Origin: Klebsormidium nitens
Taxonomy: Eukaryota > Plantae > Klebsormidiophyceae
DNA length: 64,000 nt
Assembly: GCA_000708835.1 (NCBI GenBank)
Contig: DF237120.1
Coordinates: 97,963-161,962, forward strand
Direction: 5' to 3'
Shown piece after piece: positions 24,401 through 35,988 of the stretch. A program made the position numbers and the translations under genes. The stretch's first letter is position 1. Each line of letters opens with the position of its first letter. The notes beneath the pieces were generated by a model. That model was not told where the DNA came from, made no database searches, and saw only the letters and a list, made by a program, of their open reading frames with translations.

Positions 24401-27048
24401 ACATCGTCGGAAGCTACGATTTGTAGGACACCTGAGCTTGGAGTGCCTCTTCCGAATGAAGCTTGCTAAACGGTTACATTGCGAAACGGTCTGCATTGCG
24501 GAAAAAGGGCCCGCCTTCGGCAAGGGGCGCGTGCTTTGTATCTCGATCTGGGCGTTTTGATGACCTTTGGATCTACTCACTCGTGTTGGAGGGCGTCCGG
24601 TTGCCGCGCTCACGCGCGCGCGCTTTCAAGACTTGCTTGGTGCCCATTTTTCGGCGATGTGCCTTAGCAGGTTAGTAGGGATTCATCCGTAAAATCAATC
24701 TGGATCATTGATGCCAAGGGCTGTATGGTTGACCTTGTAATGAGTAGGGCTTACGGTTGGTAAGTAGACTGAGGGAGGGTGATTCCAAGTTGTCAGTTGT
24801 AATGTAATTTTGAATAGATCTCCCTCAACATTTTCTGGAAGTCGTTCTGTGCTGCTGAGTAGCCCACAAGCCGGACCTACATTAAGCAGGGTTCTTGGCA
24901 TGCCAACATTGTCATCCTGCCCTTGATGGCAAGAAACGGCATGAATCTGTCACCCGAAATACCTTTTTTTGAATTTTTTGAAGATTCCGCCGTTGCTTTG
25001 TACTGCTGGCAATGACTGTAAGTGAAGAGGCTGAGTAAAGAAGCGGTTCTTGGACCTCGCATTCACGCTCGGATGCCACTTGAAAACAAGGGGCACTTGT
25101 GGCTGTACGATGCTGACTTCGGAGCCTAGTATCAACAATTCTCATGCTGACTAGGAATGCTTGCCTTTCCGTCCTGCTCCTGCTCATAGCGTCCAAAGCC
25201 AGGTAGCCGGCTCCAAATTGAAGCATCTTGGATGTTTAGCCTGGATTGCATCACGATGCGAAGCCTTTGAGAATGCTTCGTGATCCTCAGGGCGGTCTTT
25301 TGGGAACGACGCTCAAATTTAGTATCGCTCTCAAGGGCGTCTCGGAAGCACCAAGCCCCTTGATTTGGGCTCTCTCCAAAGAGAGAGCAAATGTTGTTTG
25401 TCTCTATTGAGGCCGCAATCCGAGTCAATGTTGCAGGACTCGCTAAGCGGTACCTTTCTGGCCGGCCGTGATATTCAAGTTCTGAGCAGCTTTGGTCTGC
25501 TCACAATTAGTCCATTGCAATTTGAAGCCACGCGCCTCAACACTGCACAAATGCTGTACAGTTTCCAGCATCATCCGTTACTTCGCTTTAAAATTAAATT
25601 GTAGACTCAGGCCAGCCCTGATCGCCAGCATAAGATCGAAGGTAGGCGATACAGCGTTGCTCAGAATGGGTCCTATATCGGCAGAATGTTTAAGACACCC
25701 TACGAATGCAATTCGACTTGAGATAGAAGGTTAGCGGTTCAAGCCGAAGTGTATACTTGGAGTCAACAGTTTGGTTATTGCACCGGGTCTTGGGCGGCCG
25801 ATACGTGTGCTGTTTCTGAGAAGATCGTGCGTGCTCATTGGCCAGGTGTCTGACGCCGCATCACGGCATACTTGTGTTTCATGCATATCCATCTCGTCTC
25901 TTGTCTTCCTGTTTATCTTGCACAATCTAAGCCCTCATCGTCAAGATCGCGTTTTCCCTTTCGGTCTCTCCGTTCTAGTCAACGATTCTGCATCTCCGAG
26001 TCGTACGGCAAGGCACATCGGCTCTCTTTTGTGGTATTCGTTTGTTCGATCAAGCCGTGAAGAAGTTTGTTGCAACTGGTCACAGCTGGCCGTGACGATT
26101 GATGGTTTGTTGTTTGCTCAGGATCGTTTTGAAATTCGAAGCGTCCGATGCCGAAGTTTTACAATCTCAATAGATGGGTCTTCTCTTTCATCTTTCCAGC
26201 GCCGTGTCGACTGGCTCTGAGATGGGAGTTCTCCCGGTCTTGTCGTTAACGCAACTCCTGGTTCACAGTCCCCAATCGGTAGAGCCCTGCCCCTAGATCT
26301 TCCACACATTGCTGGAATTTGTGAGCTTAACTTTCTTAGATTTTCATTCTTGAGGCTCGTCTTGTGTTGTTTCTGCAAATCTACCGCAGTGAAATTGAGG
26401 CCTGGGCATCTTAGCGTAACTCTGAGAAGTCTGCAAAATACGTCTTCAAGAGCACCTTTACAAGCACTCTCGCGATGGGTTGCTCTTGAAGCTTCCATGG
26501 ACAACGTGCGACCTTGTCGCCCGTGAAACTTCTGCTGTCCAAAAACTTACCATAGTCGCTTTCTTGATAGAGACTTTGGCCGCCAAAGCAACCCGGTATA
26601 TGGCCGTGCTTCATTCTCTATTCAAGTAAACAATTGCTAGGCAAAGCCCGTTCAGTTCCGTTACAGCAGGACAATGTTGATAGCAGGGTGGAAATTGATG
26701 TTCGAAAAATGGCGGCTTTGTGGCCATGATGGTGTTTGGACTCGAGCATATTGCGGCTCGATCATCCACCTTAGACTTTGAAGCCCCGCCTTTTTGTGGA
26801 TGGTGCTATTGTAGCCATTCTGCTCGGATCTGTAGACCTAGGTTTTGGAGGCGAGCAGGCTGTGACGTTCAAACTAAAGAACGGTGAGATTGTACGTGCC
26901 CACGACAAAGATTCCCCTCGACGCGGCTAGCGTGTGGCATTTGCGGTAAAAACGGGCGGCTTGACCTAGGCGTCACGGTGTGCTGGAGACCTGAAATTAG
27001 TTTTGTTTGGTCGCATACATCCTTGATAGGTGGTTTCGTATGTCGTCC

Positions 27049-27312
27049 TACAGCTGTTTGCGTCAAAGCGGCCATCTCGGCGTCGATCGAAAGTCGTCGG
27101 TCCCTGATCCTGGAGTCGCGAGTCCGGTTCCTGATCGTGAAAGCCTGTGGCAATGTTGACGTCAGCTTTCAAATTCCACCGGAAAGTATGATGTAAAGAT
27201 GACGTCACAGAGCAGCAGGCACCGGATCAGGAACCGGACTCGCGAGTTCAAGATCGGGGACCGACGAATTTCGATCGACGCCGAGATGGCAAGTTTGACG
27301 CAAACAGCTGTA
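27049..27312. mobile_element. Tc1/mariner-type MITE: TA + ~86-bp terminal inverted repeats + TA
   Basis: 27049-27136 (TACAGCTGTTTGCGTCAAA...CCTGATC) and 27225-27312 (GATCAGG...TTTGACGCAAACAGCTGTA) are reverse complements with ~8 mismatches in 88 bp, separated by an 88-bp spacer. Flanking TA dinucleotides and CAG-starting termini are typical of Tc1/mariner elements. Confidence 0.75.
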
Positions 27313-30300
27313 TTCCTTGACATTCTCAGGCTGTCGAACGGGCTATTTGATTGCGGATGGCGGATTGCGGACTTCTGATTCTGCTTCTGCTTTGCTCGTG
27401 CCGCAAGTCAAGATATCAGCGACTTTTCGGATGTCGCTGGATATCTCAACTTGCGGCAATGGTGGGCTGTACCACGGGCAGTTTCTCAAGCGCTCAAGCT
27501 TAGTCAGATTTCGGACGCCGCGGTTCTCTGGACGGGCCTTTATGCGGCTCAAAAAAGCGAGCTTTAAAAATCGTTGCATATACCACCAGGCAGCTTGGTT
27601 GATGAGACAAAGTCAGGAACATTTATTCTATGCAAGCTTCCTTGCTTTGATGGGCCTTCTTGCAATCGGAGGCATGGTGCGGCTTGGGTCCACTGCAATT
27701 GTATTTGTTTGTCGACTGCTTTTGAGCATCAGAGTCAGAACCGCGTCTCGCAAGGGAATCATATATGAAATTGTTGTCTTAGACATATGCTTGCGAGCTA
27801 GGTTTGAGAAGACACTTTCACTCGTTTTGTGCTTTGAAGTCTACAGTGAGAGAATTTTGGAGTCTACAATTAGAGATCAAGACATGCTGAATTTGTCGCA
27901 GACCTTCACGTGCATAACGTGCCAGGGCAATCGACATCAGGGCCGGCCCGGCGATACTCGTACTCGTTGATCGCCCTTTTCCTCGTATCACCATCCGATG
28001 ATTGACTCCAGCCGAGAGTAGGTTGTAATTGCATCTCGGTGGTTTCCGAACCTGCTTTAACAGCATGGGCTCTGACGGTTGCTTGCACGAATTTTGGGTG
28101 GGGCGAGCAAATGGCCGCTCACGCTTAGTGCGGTCTTCTGAAGCCGCATCAGGATGTGCTGCCCTGAAGTCGGTCTCAAACAACTCAAACTCTCTCACAG
28201 CCGCCCATAATGGCTGTGGTTACCTGTTCACTTTCGGAGCAATTCCGTACGCCGGTGGGTCAGCGGATGCAGGTTTCACCCTATCCTTTGCTTTTTGAAG
28301 TCCTTTTCGCAAGCGCTGCTTTCAGACTTGTCTGTCGACGACGTTACCTAGACCCTCGTTGCGTGCTGTTTTTCAATCGGCCTACAATAGAGGGTTCCCG
28401 CCGGAGCACGACTTTGTTGCTCACCGCTTTAGAGTTTACGGTGCGAAGTTTTTACTCTTGAACGTTTGAGTTGTCGACCGTGGGCGATCAGGGTTTTTGG
28501 GTTCGATCACCTCATTCCTTCCTGGTTTGTAGTGAGGTCGCTTACCGTGTAGCGCATGTCCGATTTGTATCATCATGCTCGATAAAGATTTCGTGTTGAG
28601 ACGAGCTGTGGATGTTGATTCATGATAGTGACGAGGTTTTCAGGCTCAAACGGCTTTGACGAGTTAGGTACCGGGCAAGCTTTGCGCGCTCAACCTTATT
28701 CAACTTGGACGACAGCAGCTGACGCCGCATGAAACGTCAAGGATCACAGAATGTACCACACGTTTGTCTTTTGTCGCTAACACAAGGTTTTTCTGCCCTC
28801 ACACGTTCTCAGCAGGGTTTTCTACCTTATTATGCACTCGCAGCAAAGTGTCAATGAGCTTGAGCCAATGAGCGATGCTCATTGGACTACACGTCGCGGA
28901 AAGGCTTTGATGACGTGCCAAAGGTCACCGCTGCTACCTGATTTCAGGATTTTACAAGAACGGATTACGAGACAAAGCTGATTCACTCAATTCCCATTGG
29001 AGCTACTTGAGAATGTGGTTGCAAGAACGCTCCCAGGTCCTTACGTGTATGACTTTTCTGGATTCTGATGTTGTGTCGGCCAGCTTTGGTTGGTTTGAAA
29101 AGTTGGATACAAGGTACTCATAGACGAAGCACGGGCTTAACCCTGGATTCGTTCGGCCTTTTTCTCCCTTCCAGTCAGGTTTGCCAGTGCAATGCTTACG
29201 CTTTGACACTTTTCACATCAGGGCAAGTTGACGAGGAGTAGCTTTGGGAGACGCCTGTTGGAAGCCACTTTGGTTGAGCCCCGAGTGGAACTTTGATTGA
29301 CTTGCAGCATTTTAAGGCTTAGGAGCAATCAGAACTAAGCCGATTTTCATAGACTGACAAATCTTTTGACCGCTTCTTTGTGCTCCTCTCGATTCTCCCT
29401 TATGCCGCATGTGTGCAGCATCGCTAAACACTACACGTCAGTAGACACAACCGGTGTCTATAAAAAGCAGAAAACCGACCGAGTTCGCGACTGAATTCTG
29501 CAATCTGTGCATCAAGAGCACTTCGGTAGAACCTGTCAAACGTGCTGCTAAAAGGATTGTTGTCAGACAGAGTACCGACAAATCCTTTGGGCGACATAGG
29601 CTTTGTTTGTACCTGGGCGTTTGTCTCGAGCTGGGGCAATGCTTGGTACTTTTTTGTTGTTATTCATATATCCAAGTCATTGGCACCGTACTCTCGTGAG
29701 GCCTCTTCTTCGTTTCGACGTCTTCACAATGAAGCGTCAATGCACACTTGGTTGTTTGTGGTTCCCTCTATTCGAGCAACGATGCTGAAAAAAGTCAAGC
29801 AAATGCTCCTCGAGAACCAGTTCTGGCCGGCCGCGACGATCAAAACTTTTGAGCGCGTGTACTGACTCAGAAGGGTCCGGTGGAAAAAAAACGTCTGATG
29901 CCGAACGTTCTTAGAAGTGATGTTCACCTGATCAAATTTTCGGCTTCTCTGTCAACCGGTTCTAGAGTCGGAACACTGACCTAACCGTTTCCCGTTTGAT
30001 TCTAGCACTTGGTTCCTTGCGAAACCTTCTCCGCTTTTCCGAAGCTTCGCACTTCTGCATCTGAGTTGATCGTGTGCGAGCTCAACCATGGTTTTGCTAC
30101 GACGTTGGACGACGGTTGTCCTCCTCCCTGTGAGTATCTCCGCGACTAACACCGCTGATCCTGGTGGCTTGGCTCCATTCCAGCCACTTGCTACAGCGTG
30201 TTTTTGCCACCTTTCCATATGCAATGAGTTGCAAACGAACACAACGAATCACTCTTTCAGGTTTATCCGAGATCTCTATGACTCGGATCGCTAGGCGAGC

Positions 30301-30633
30301 CGACCGCTTCTGCGTTCTTTGCAATACGCAAAGTGGCGGTGAAGAGAGAGTGTGTGGGCTCAGAACTTGTCCATTTATACACTTGAGGATTGCTCCGATG
30401 CCGTACCGCTGCCCCTCTCAAAGGGGCATCAATAGGCTTTTTGGCCTCGCTATGCTCTGACAAGCACAAGCTTTGATGGGATTACACCGTCCCCTCTTTT
30501 CGGCTTTGCGACACTCTCGCTTCATCCAGGTCTTGAGTTTTGATAACGCGGGTGGCTGTCCATCCGTGAAGTAAGCTTTTCAAGGCTTTTACCCAGTAGA
30601 AACTTCATCTCAACTGGTGGTTTGACATCTCAG

Positions 30634-33600
30634 GTGTCGCCGAAAGCTTGTGGGCACACGAAGGGTCGACGTGTGGTGTCTCGAGAAGAAGCGGTGCTTC
30701 GGATCCGGGCTGCCGCCGACGCCCGGGACGAGGGCGACCAGGACATAGTCATCGTGGCCCGGACGGACGCTCGGCAAGCAGCCAACCTGGCGGAAGCCAT
30801 ATGGCGAGCGAAAGCGGTGAGGAATATCGTTTTGCTAAGTCGGCCTCTTACCTGCCACTGATTCCGTTCGAGCATGTCCGCCGATATAGCAGGATTGGGC
30901 TGGAACGGGGGACTCAATGTCGGGTTGGTCTACTCTTAGTATAGCCGTCTTGAGAGTGTACTTTTCAAAGACTCAGTCAGCTCAAAGTTCCCTGAACGTT
31001 GGCAATCGACAAGGCTCTGCATGGAGAATAAATCCAGAGCTTGTAACGTCGAACAGCGCTTCGAGTCGTGCTATGGCTTGCGGTTGTTGAGCTTTGCAAT
31101 TCTTGCCAGACAGCCGTGGGATTGCGCTTACGATCAGAAGCTTGAAGCAGAATCTGTTACAATTGCGGCACACAAACTGTTCTTCTGTTCATGATTCTTC
31201 TCAAGCAACAACACCATAACTGAATCGATCTTTGCTGCAGTTTGTGGACCAAGGTGCTGACGTGGTCTTCATCGACGCGCTCGCCTCGAAGGCGGAGATG
31301 CGCGAGTTCTGCCAGGCGCTGCCGGACATCCCAAAAATGGTAAGGTTACCTCAACTGCCAGTGTTCCGAATGATTTCTGCAAAGCCCAGTCCTTGAGATT
31401 TAGTGAAGACCGTGACGTGCACAAATGCGTCAGAATCCTTGTCCGAGGGAACCAGAAGACCTGCGCGTCAGTCGCTAGCTATCTCTTAAGTAGCGCATGT
31501 GCGGCTACTATCAAGCACGCAATGGATCTTCAGAAGACGCCGCAAGCGCACGTCCCGGACCCGCCTTCAAAGACCTATTCCCAATGACAATTAATTTGTC
31601 TTCTGAAGCAGATGAGACTTAATCGTGTTGGCATTCCATCACAAAAGCATGCCATCTTGGTAGGATCATCCTGGGTATGATGCCATTCACTTCTCTTCGG
31701 AAAGACGGAATTTGAGGGACTGAACGAAATGTTTCGCACGATCGAGTCGAGTGGAATACCTTTGTTTTCTGCTCGATGGCGGTTGTCCTAGTCTTCCGAG
31801 CTCCAAATTGTCCTTCTTCCCTGTAAGGGGGGACCATTGGAAAGAACCACAATTAAAGTGCTTCCCTTGCCAACGTTCCATGGACCTTCTTCGCAGGCCA
31901 ACATGCTCGAGGGGGGTGGAAAGTCGCCCATAATGAGCCCCCTGGAGCTGGAGGAGCTGGGTTTCAAGCTGGTGGCGTATCCGCTGTCGCTTCTAGGGGT
32001 GTCCATTCGCGCCATGGAAGACGCGCTCAAGGCCCTGATAACAGGACGCATGCCGCCCCCTTCCCTGGTAAGTTAATTTTCACCCTCGTCGGCTGCGGTC
32101 AGCATGACACTGCGACAAATTCCGGAATTGCGTTTAAGTGCTCTCCCCGTGTACATAATAAGGTTGTTTGGTACCAGATTCTGTTTTGCTTTCGGAAGAC
32201 CCGCTCGGGGCCCTGAGAACGAGGGTGATGCCGCCCCTGTCTCTAGTGACCCTTGCTAAGTGACCTCAGCGTGACTGTCAAAGACTGCCTCTGCGATTTC
32301 GCGGCTCGCCGACTGGTATTGTTTCAGCACGCTCGAGAAAGTCTCTGACCAGAAAAGGAAACCTGCCGGTTTGTTTCGGGCCAGCCGAAAGCATGAGAAA
32401 GGATACAGTTTTGTGGTGCTAGTCACTTCGTTGCCAGAGTCGAATCTTCCAATTCAGAAGCTTATTGTTCTATTGTCGCTGAACGGGCTCAGGACGGTCC
32501 GTAAAGAAAGCCAGAGCTTTCGACAACCTGGGTAATGGAAGGAACGACTCTTCTGCGAGATCCTTTTCCATTTTGGCAACCTCACTCTTTGACAGGACCC
32601 TGCTCCGTCTGCCTACCTCGTCGACTAATCCGTTCTATCCCGCTCAGTCCGGTGATTCCGCTCAAGTTGTATTTGTATTCAGTAGCTTTCCCTTTTCCGT
32701 GTAACATGTCTTGCGGACCCTTCGTAGCTGCCCACGTTCAACGAGATCACAGGAAATCATTTCGCTCGTTCTGCTCATTCTGCTCATTCCTGCTGCCGGC
32801 CAATATATTCTCCCGCTCTCCGCTTCTGACCATATTCCGCGGATCCCTCCGCAGCCACCCACGTTCGACGAGGTCAAGGAAGTTGTTTCGTACATTCCGC
32901 TCGTTCCGCTCATTCCGCGCATTTGGGCTGCCGTCAATCTTTCCTTCTGCTCTCAGTTTCCCGACCACGCCTTACGGACCCCTCCGCAGCTGCCCACATG
33001 CGACGAGGTCAAGGATCACATGCCGCTCATTCCGGTCGTTGTGGTCATTTCGCTTCCGGTCTCCGTGAGTCATCCTGTTTTCCGGATTCCTTTGCAGCTG
33101 CCCACGTTTGACGAGGTCAAGGAGGTCGTCGGCTTCAACGAGTACTACAAAGAAGAGGAGCGCTACGCATCGTTACCGCCGCCAAAACCTCGCTCTAGTT
33201 CCCGGTCGGCGGCATCCCGCCCGGTAGACAAACCGTCTTCTCGCGAACCAACGGTTGCCGTTGAATCGAAAACGGGCGGTTCAGATCAGCCCAACACGGA
33301 GGCTTCTCGTCCATCAATGGGAACCGTCGATCAGAAATCGAGCGGTCCAGATCAACCAAAAACGGAGGCCCCAAAATCGAAACCGAAAGCCGCTTGGGCA
33401 GGACCCCCGCCTCCGTCCGCTGACGAGATCGCGAAGCGGAGAACGGAATGGGGGCTGGGCTCTTCTCCCGGTTCTAGTTCGTCATCGCCTCAGTCGACTG
33501 CTCAAGCATCGGAGAAACCGGTCAGCAAAAGTACAGAAGTCGTCAGTCCCGGGGTTAGAACTACAGGGGACGAAGAGGAGGGAGCTCCGGCGGGTTCTCG

Positions 33601-35988
33601 AGCGGATTCCGTTACAAGGCTGGACGGAACGCGGCCAACGGAGCCGACGGCGGCGGAAGCGGCGATGAAGACGGCGGAGGACGCGGCCGCGGCCGCGTTA
33701 GAAGAGGCGGAGCGGCTGATCGCGGCCGCGGAAAAGAAGGCGGGGGGTGCGAACGAGGGGTCTGGCAGAAAAGGTACGTGTTGCTTTCCAAACGTGTCTG
33801 ACAAGATGAGATTGGGTTTGGTTTAGCTTTACGATCAAGCTAGTTTTCTTGGCTGGCGGTCTGTGACAACTTTACCTGGTTTAGATAAGAGGATCTTGGT
33901 ATGCTGGCGTGGTGTGCCGACCAGGGCCCTGTTGCTGCTTTCCGACGAGAGCTTGAGCTTCTTCCTATCTGGAGATTTGGCTTTTACTCCCTCAAAAGTG
34001 CGAAAAGTACTGCTAAAGAACTTCACACAATGACCCAATTTCCAATGTAACGGTGACGGAGGCTCGAGGCTTTCCTTACCGTTCTCTTTGCGCTTTCCCG
34101 GTTTGCCTGCTATTTGGTCTTTGGTCGCCCGCTCTGTAGTAGTCATTTCGCGTTCCGCGGAACTATGCTGACGTCGCAGGCCAATCCTTTCGTTGCATAG
34201 GAATCAAGAAGGGCACTACCCGCATTTTTCAGTTCTGTCCTCGACGTTATATGAAACCCCGCATCCTGTAAGCCGTGTACAATATTCCCACCGTATCCCA
34301 GTCCGTCGAGATCGACATTGCGGAAGGGTTGCGAGACCTGGTTTTGCGACGACAGCAACACGAGCGTCCGGTCCGGACCACATTGGAGAAATTTCGTGTC
34401 CGCTAACTCGTACTGCTTTTGAGTACTCAGAACCACTACAGCCAAGTTCGTCGAGATCGAGACTGCGGAGGGCTGGCGAGACCTGGTTTCGGAGGAGAGC
34501 AGCACAAGCATTCTGTGCGAAAAGGTAGATTTCAGGGTTCATTTACCAATTCGTGCGTTTTGATATCCACAGAACCCACCGCAGCCAAGTCCGTCGAGAT
34601 CGAGACTGCGGACGGGTGGCGAGACCTAACTTCGGACGAGAGCAGCACGAGCGTCCGGTCCGAAATGAAGAATCTTCCCGGGTTGCGCGGCCGGCAGATT
34701 CGCATCCGCATCCTGGGTCCGGACGGCGAGAAGAAGCTGGAGTTCAACGTTCCGGTGAGCGGCGTTCCTTCCTCTTCTCATTTCCTTTTCTTTCCTCTCC
34801 TTCTTTCCCGCGGAGAGGTGAGCTGCGTTTTGATTGGACCGACTTGACGTCGTCCCTGGACCTCAAAACGCGTGAACTAACGCGGTGCTTGTTCAAAAGC
34901 GATGTGAGTAAGAAAGGGACACCGCTGCAAGTTCTGTACGGCCATCGGAAATTGCATTGCGTAACACTTGCGGGCTTCCGCAGGCGAGCGGTGCTTTTGT
35001 CATCGGATGATATGCGAGAAAACCACTGGAACCCCGCTTTCCAAAGGGGCATTCCGAGGTTTGAAGGGTTTGCGATCGGATCTATTCCAATCACAGCAAC
35101 CTGGATATGGTACCTGTTGAGCAACTTCGTCGATTTAGAAGGCGAGAGCTTCCGGACTGCGGAAGAAACTGAGTTGCACTCCCAGCTCTTCGAACCCCAT
35201 TGCATATTCACTTCGTCCTTCTAAACATTCAGTCAAGATCCCGTCACCCTCGTTTCCGTATCCGAAAATAGAACGATACGCGTCCTAGAAAGGTTTTCAG
35301 TCTTAGCTGTCGTTCAGAAAGTTTATTGTCGGTAAATAAGCGGAACTTGAACTGCACGTGACTTGTGAGAGTAAAGCTAATCCTTACTGACTTTTGCCTT
35401 TTCTGCAGGCTGGATTCCTCGACGGTCTGTCAAATGTAGTGCCAGGTAAGCTTTTAGTCAAGCCACGGGACTGGGACTTAGTCGCTGACTTGAAAAGGAC
35501 TGCCGGAAACGGAAGACTTGTAGATATTTCACGCCAAACGGTGGTGTATGTGGCTGAGGGTCTTATTTTGCGGCAAGGCGACAACTACCATTGACAGTGC
35601 GCCTCTATAACGTGTACGTGTTTTCATTGGATAGAGAAGGTTCTGGTAAAGTTTCTGATATATTCAGAAACTGGAAATAGTTTTCAGCCTAATTGCAAGC
35701 CGATACAAGTCCTGCAACCAGCCTGCCGTGAGTCCGTGCAACGGCTCATTGTGTAAAACCCTGACGTGGTCGGAAGTTTCAATGATGCAGACCCTAACAA
35801 CGCTCAAATATCAGACCTAATCTTGAGCGCTTATGAATGTTTGCGGATTGTCTGATGCAGGGGTCGCTGGCCTGGATCTCCGGGCCTTGTTGGAGGAGTC
35901 TCTCGCACAACGGCGCGCTACGACGCCCAGCGGAGCGATTGTCGACGTTCAGAGCGGGGCCGACCGAATCCAGATTTTCCTCGACTAA
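30634..35988 (+). CDS. Isocitrate lyase/PEP-mutase superfamily protein (2,3-dimethylmalate-lyase-like, Arabidopsis At2g43180-type), 5'-partial
   Basis: Phase-consistent exons 30634-30816, 31241-31339, 31897-32067, 33098-33773, 34585-34754, 35409-35445 and 35861-35988 (TAA). They encode VSPKACGHTKGRRVVSREEA...IVIVARTDARQA, FIDALASKAEM, ANMLEGGGKSP...VAYPLSLLGVSIRAM, PTFDEVKEVVGFNEYY, a low-complexity linker, and RIRILGPDG...AGFLDGLSNVVP...DRIQIFLD*. Exons for the N-terminal part were not found. Confidence 0.9.
32700..33125 (+). repeat. Four tandem copies of 3' splice site plus exon start (CTGCCCACGTTYGACGAGGTCAAGGA-like)
   Basis: YAG followed by exon-like sequence starting at 32728, 32855 and 32990, and the true exon at 33098. 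Interspersed with TTCCGCTC-type microrepeats. Confidence 0.85.
34290..34665 (+). repeat. Three tandem copies of 3' splice site plus exon start (TCCGTCGAGATCGAGACTGCGGA...GCGAGACCT)
   Basis: CAG followed by ~75-85 bp of exon-like sequence at 34302 and 34442, and the true exon at 34585. Roughly 80% identical by eye. Confidence 0.85.

Noticed and set aside
28600-28860. TLFNLDDSS resembling the pogo/Tc1 DDE motif IxNxDETG near the MITE
   Set aside because: It is a single weak motif in a stop-interrupted frame with no other transposase residues recognised.
30250-30460. TTTCAG followed by GLSEISMTRIARRAD, loosely like the missing GFSISAARLGLPD exon of the ICL-family gene
   Set aside because: Similarity stops after a few residues, the frame ends in a stop, and the conserved DGDNGYG and LEDQ motifs are absent.
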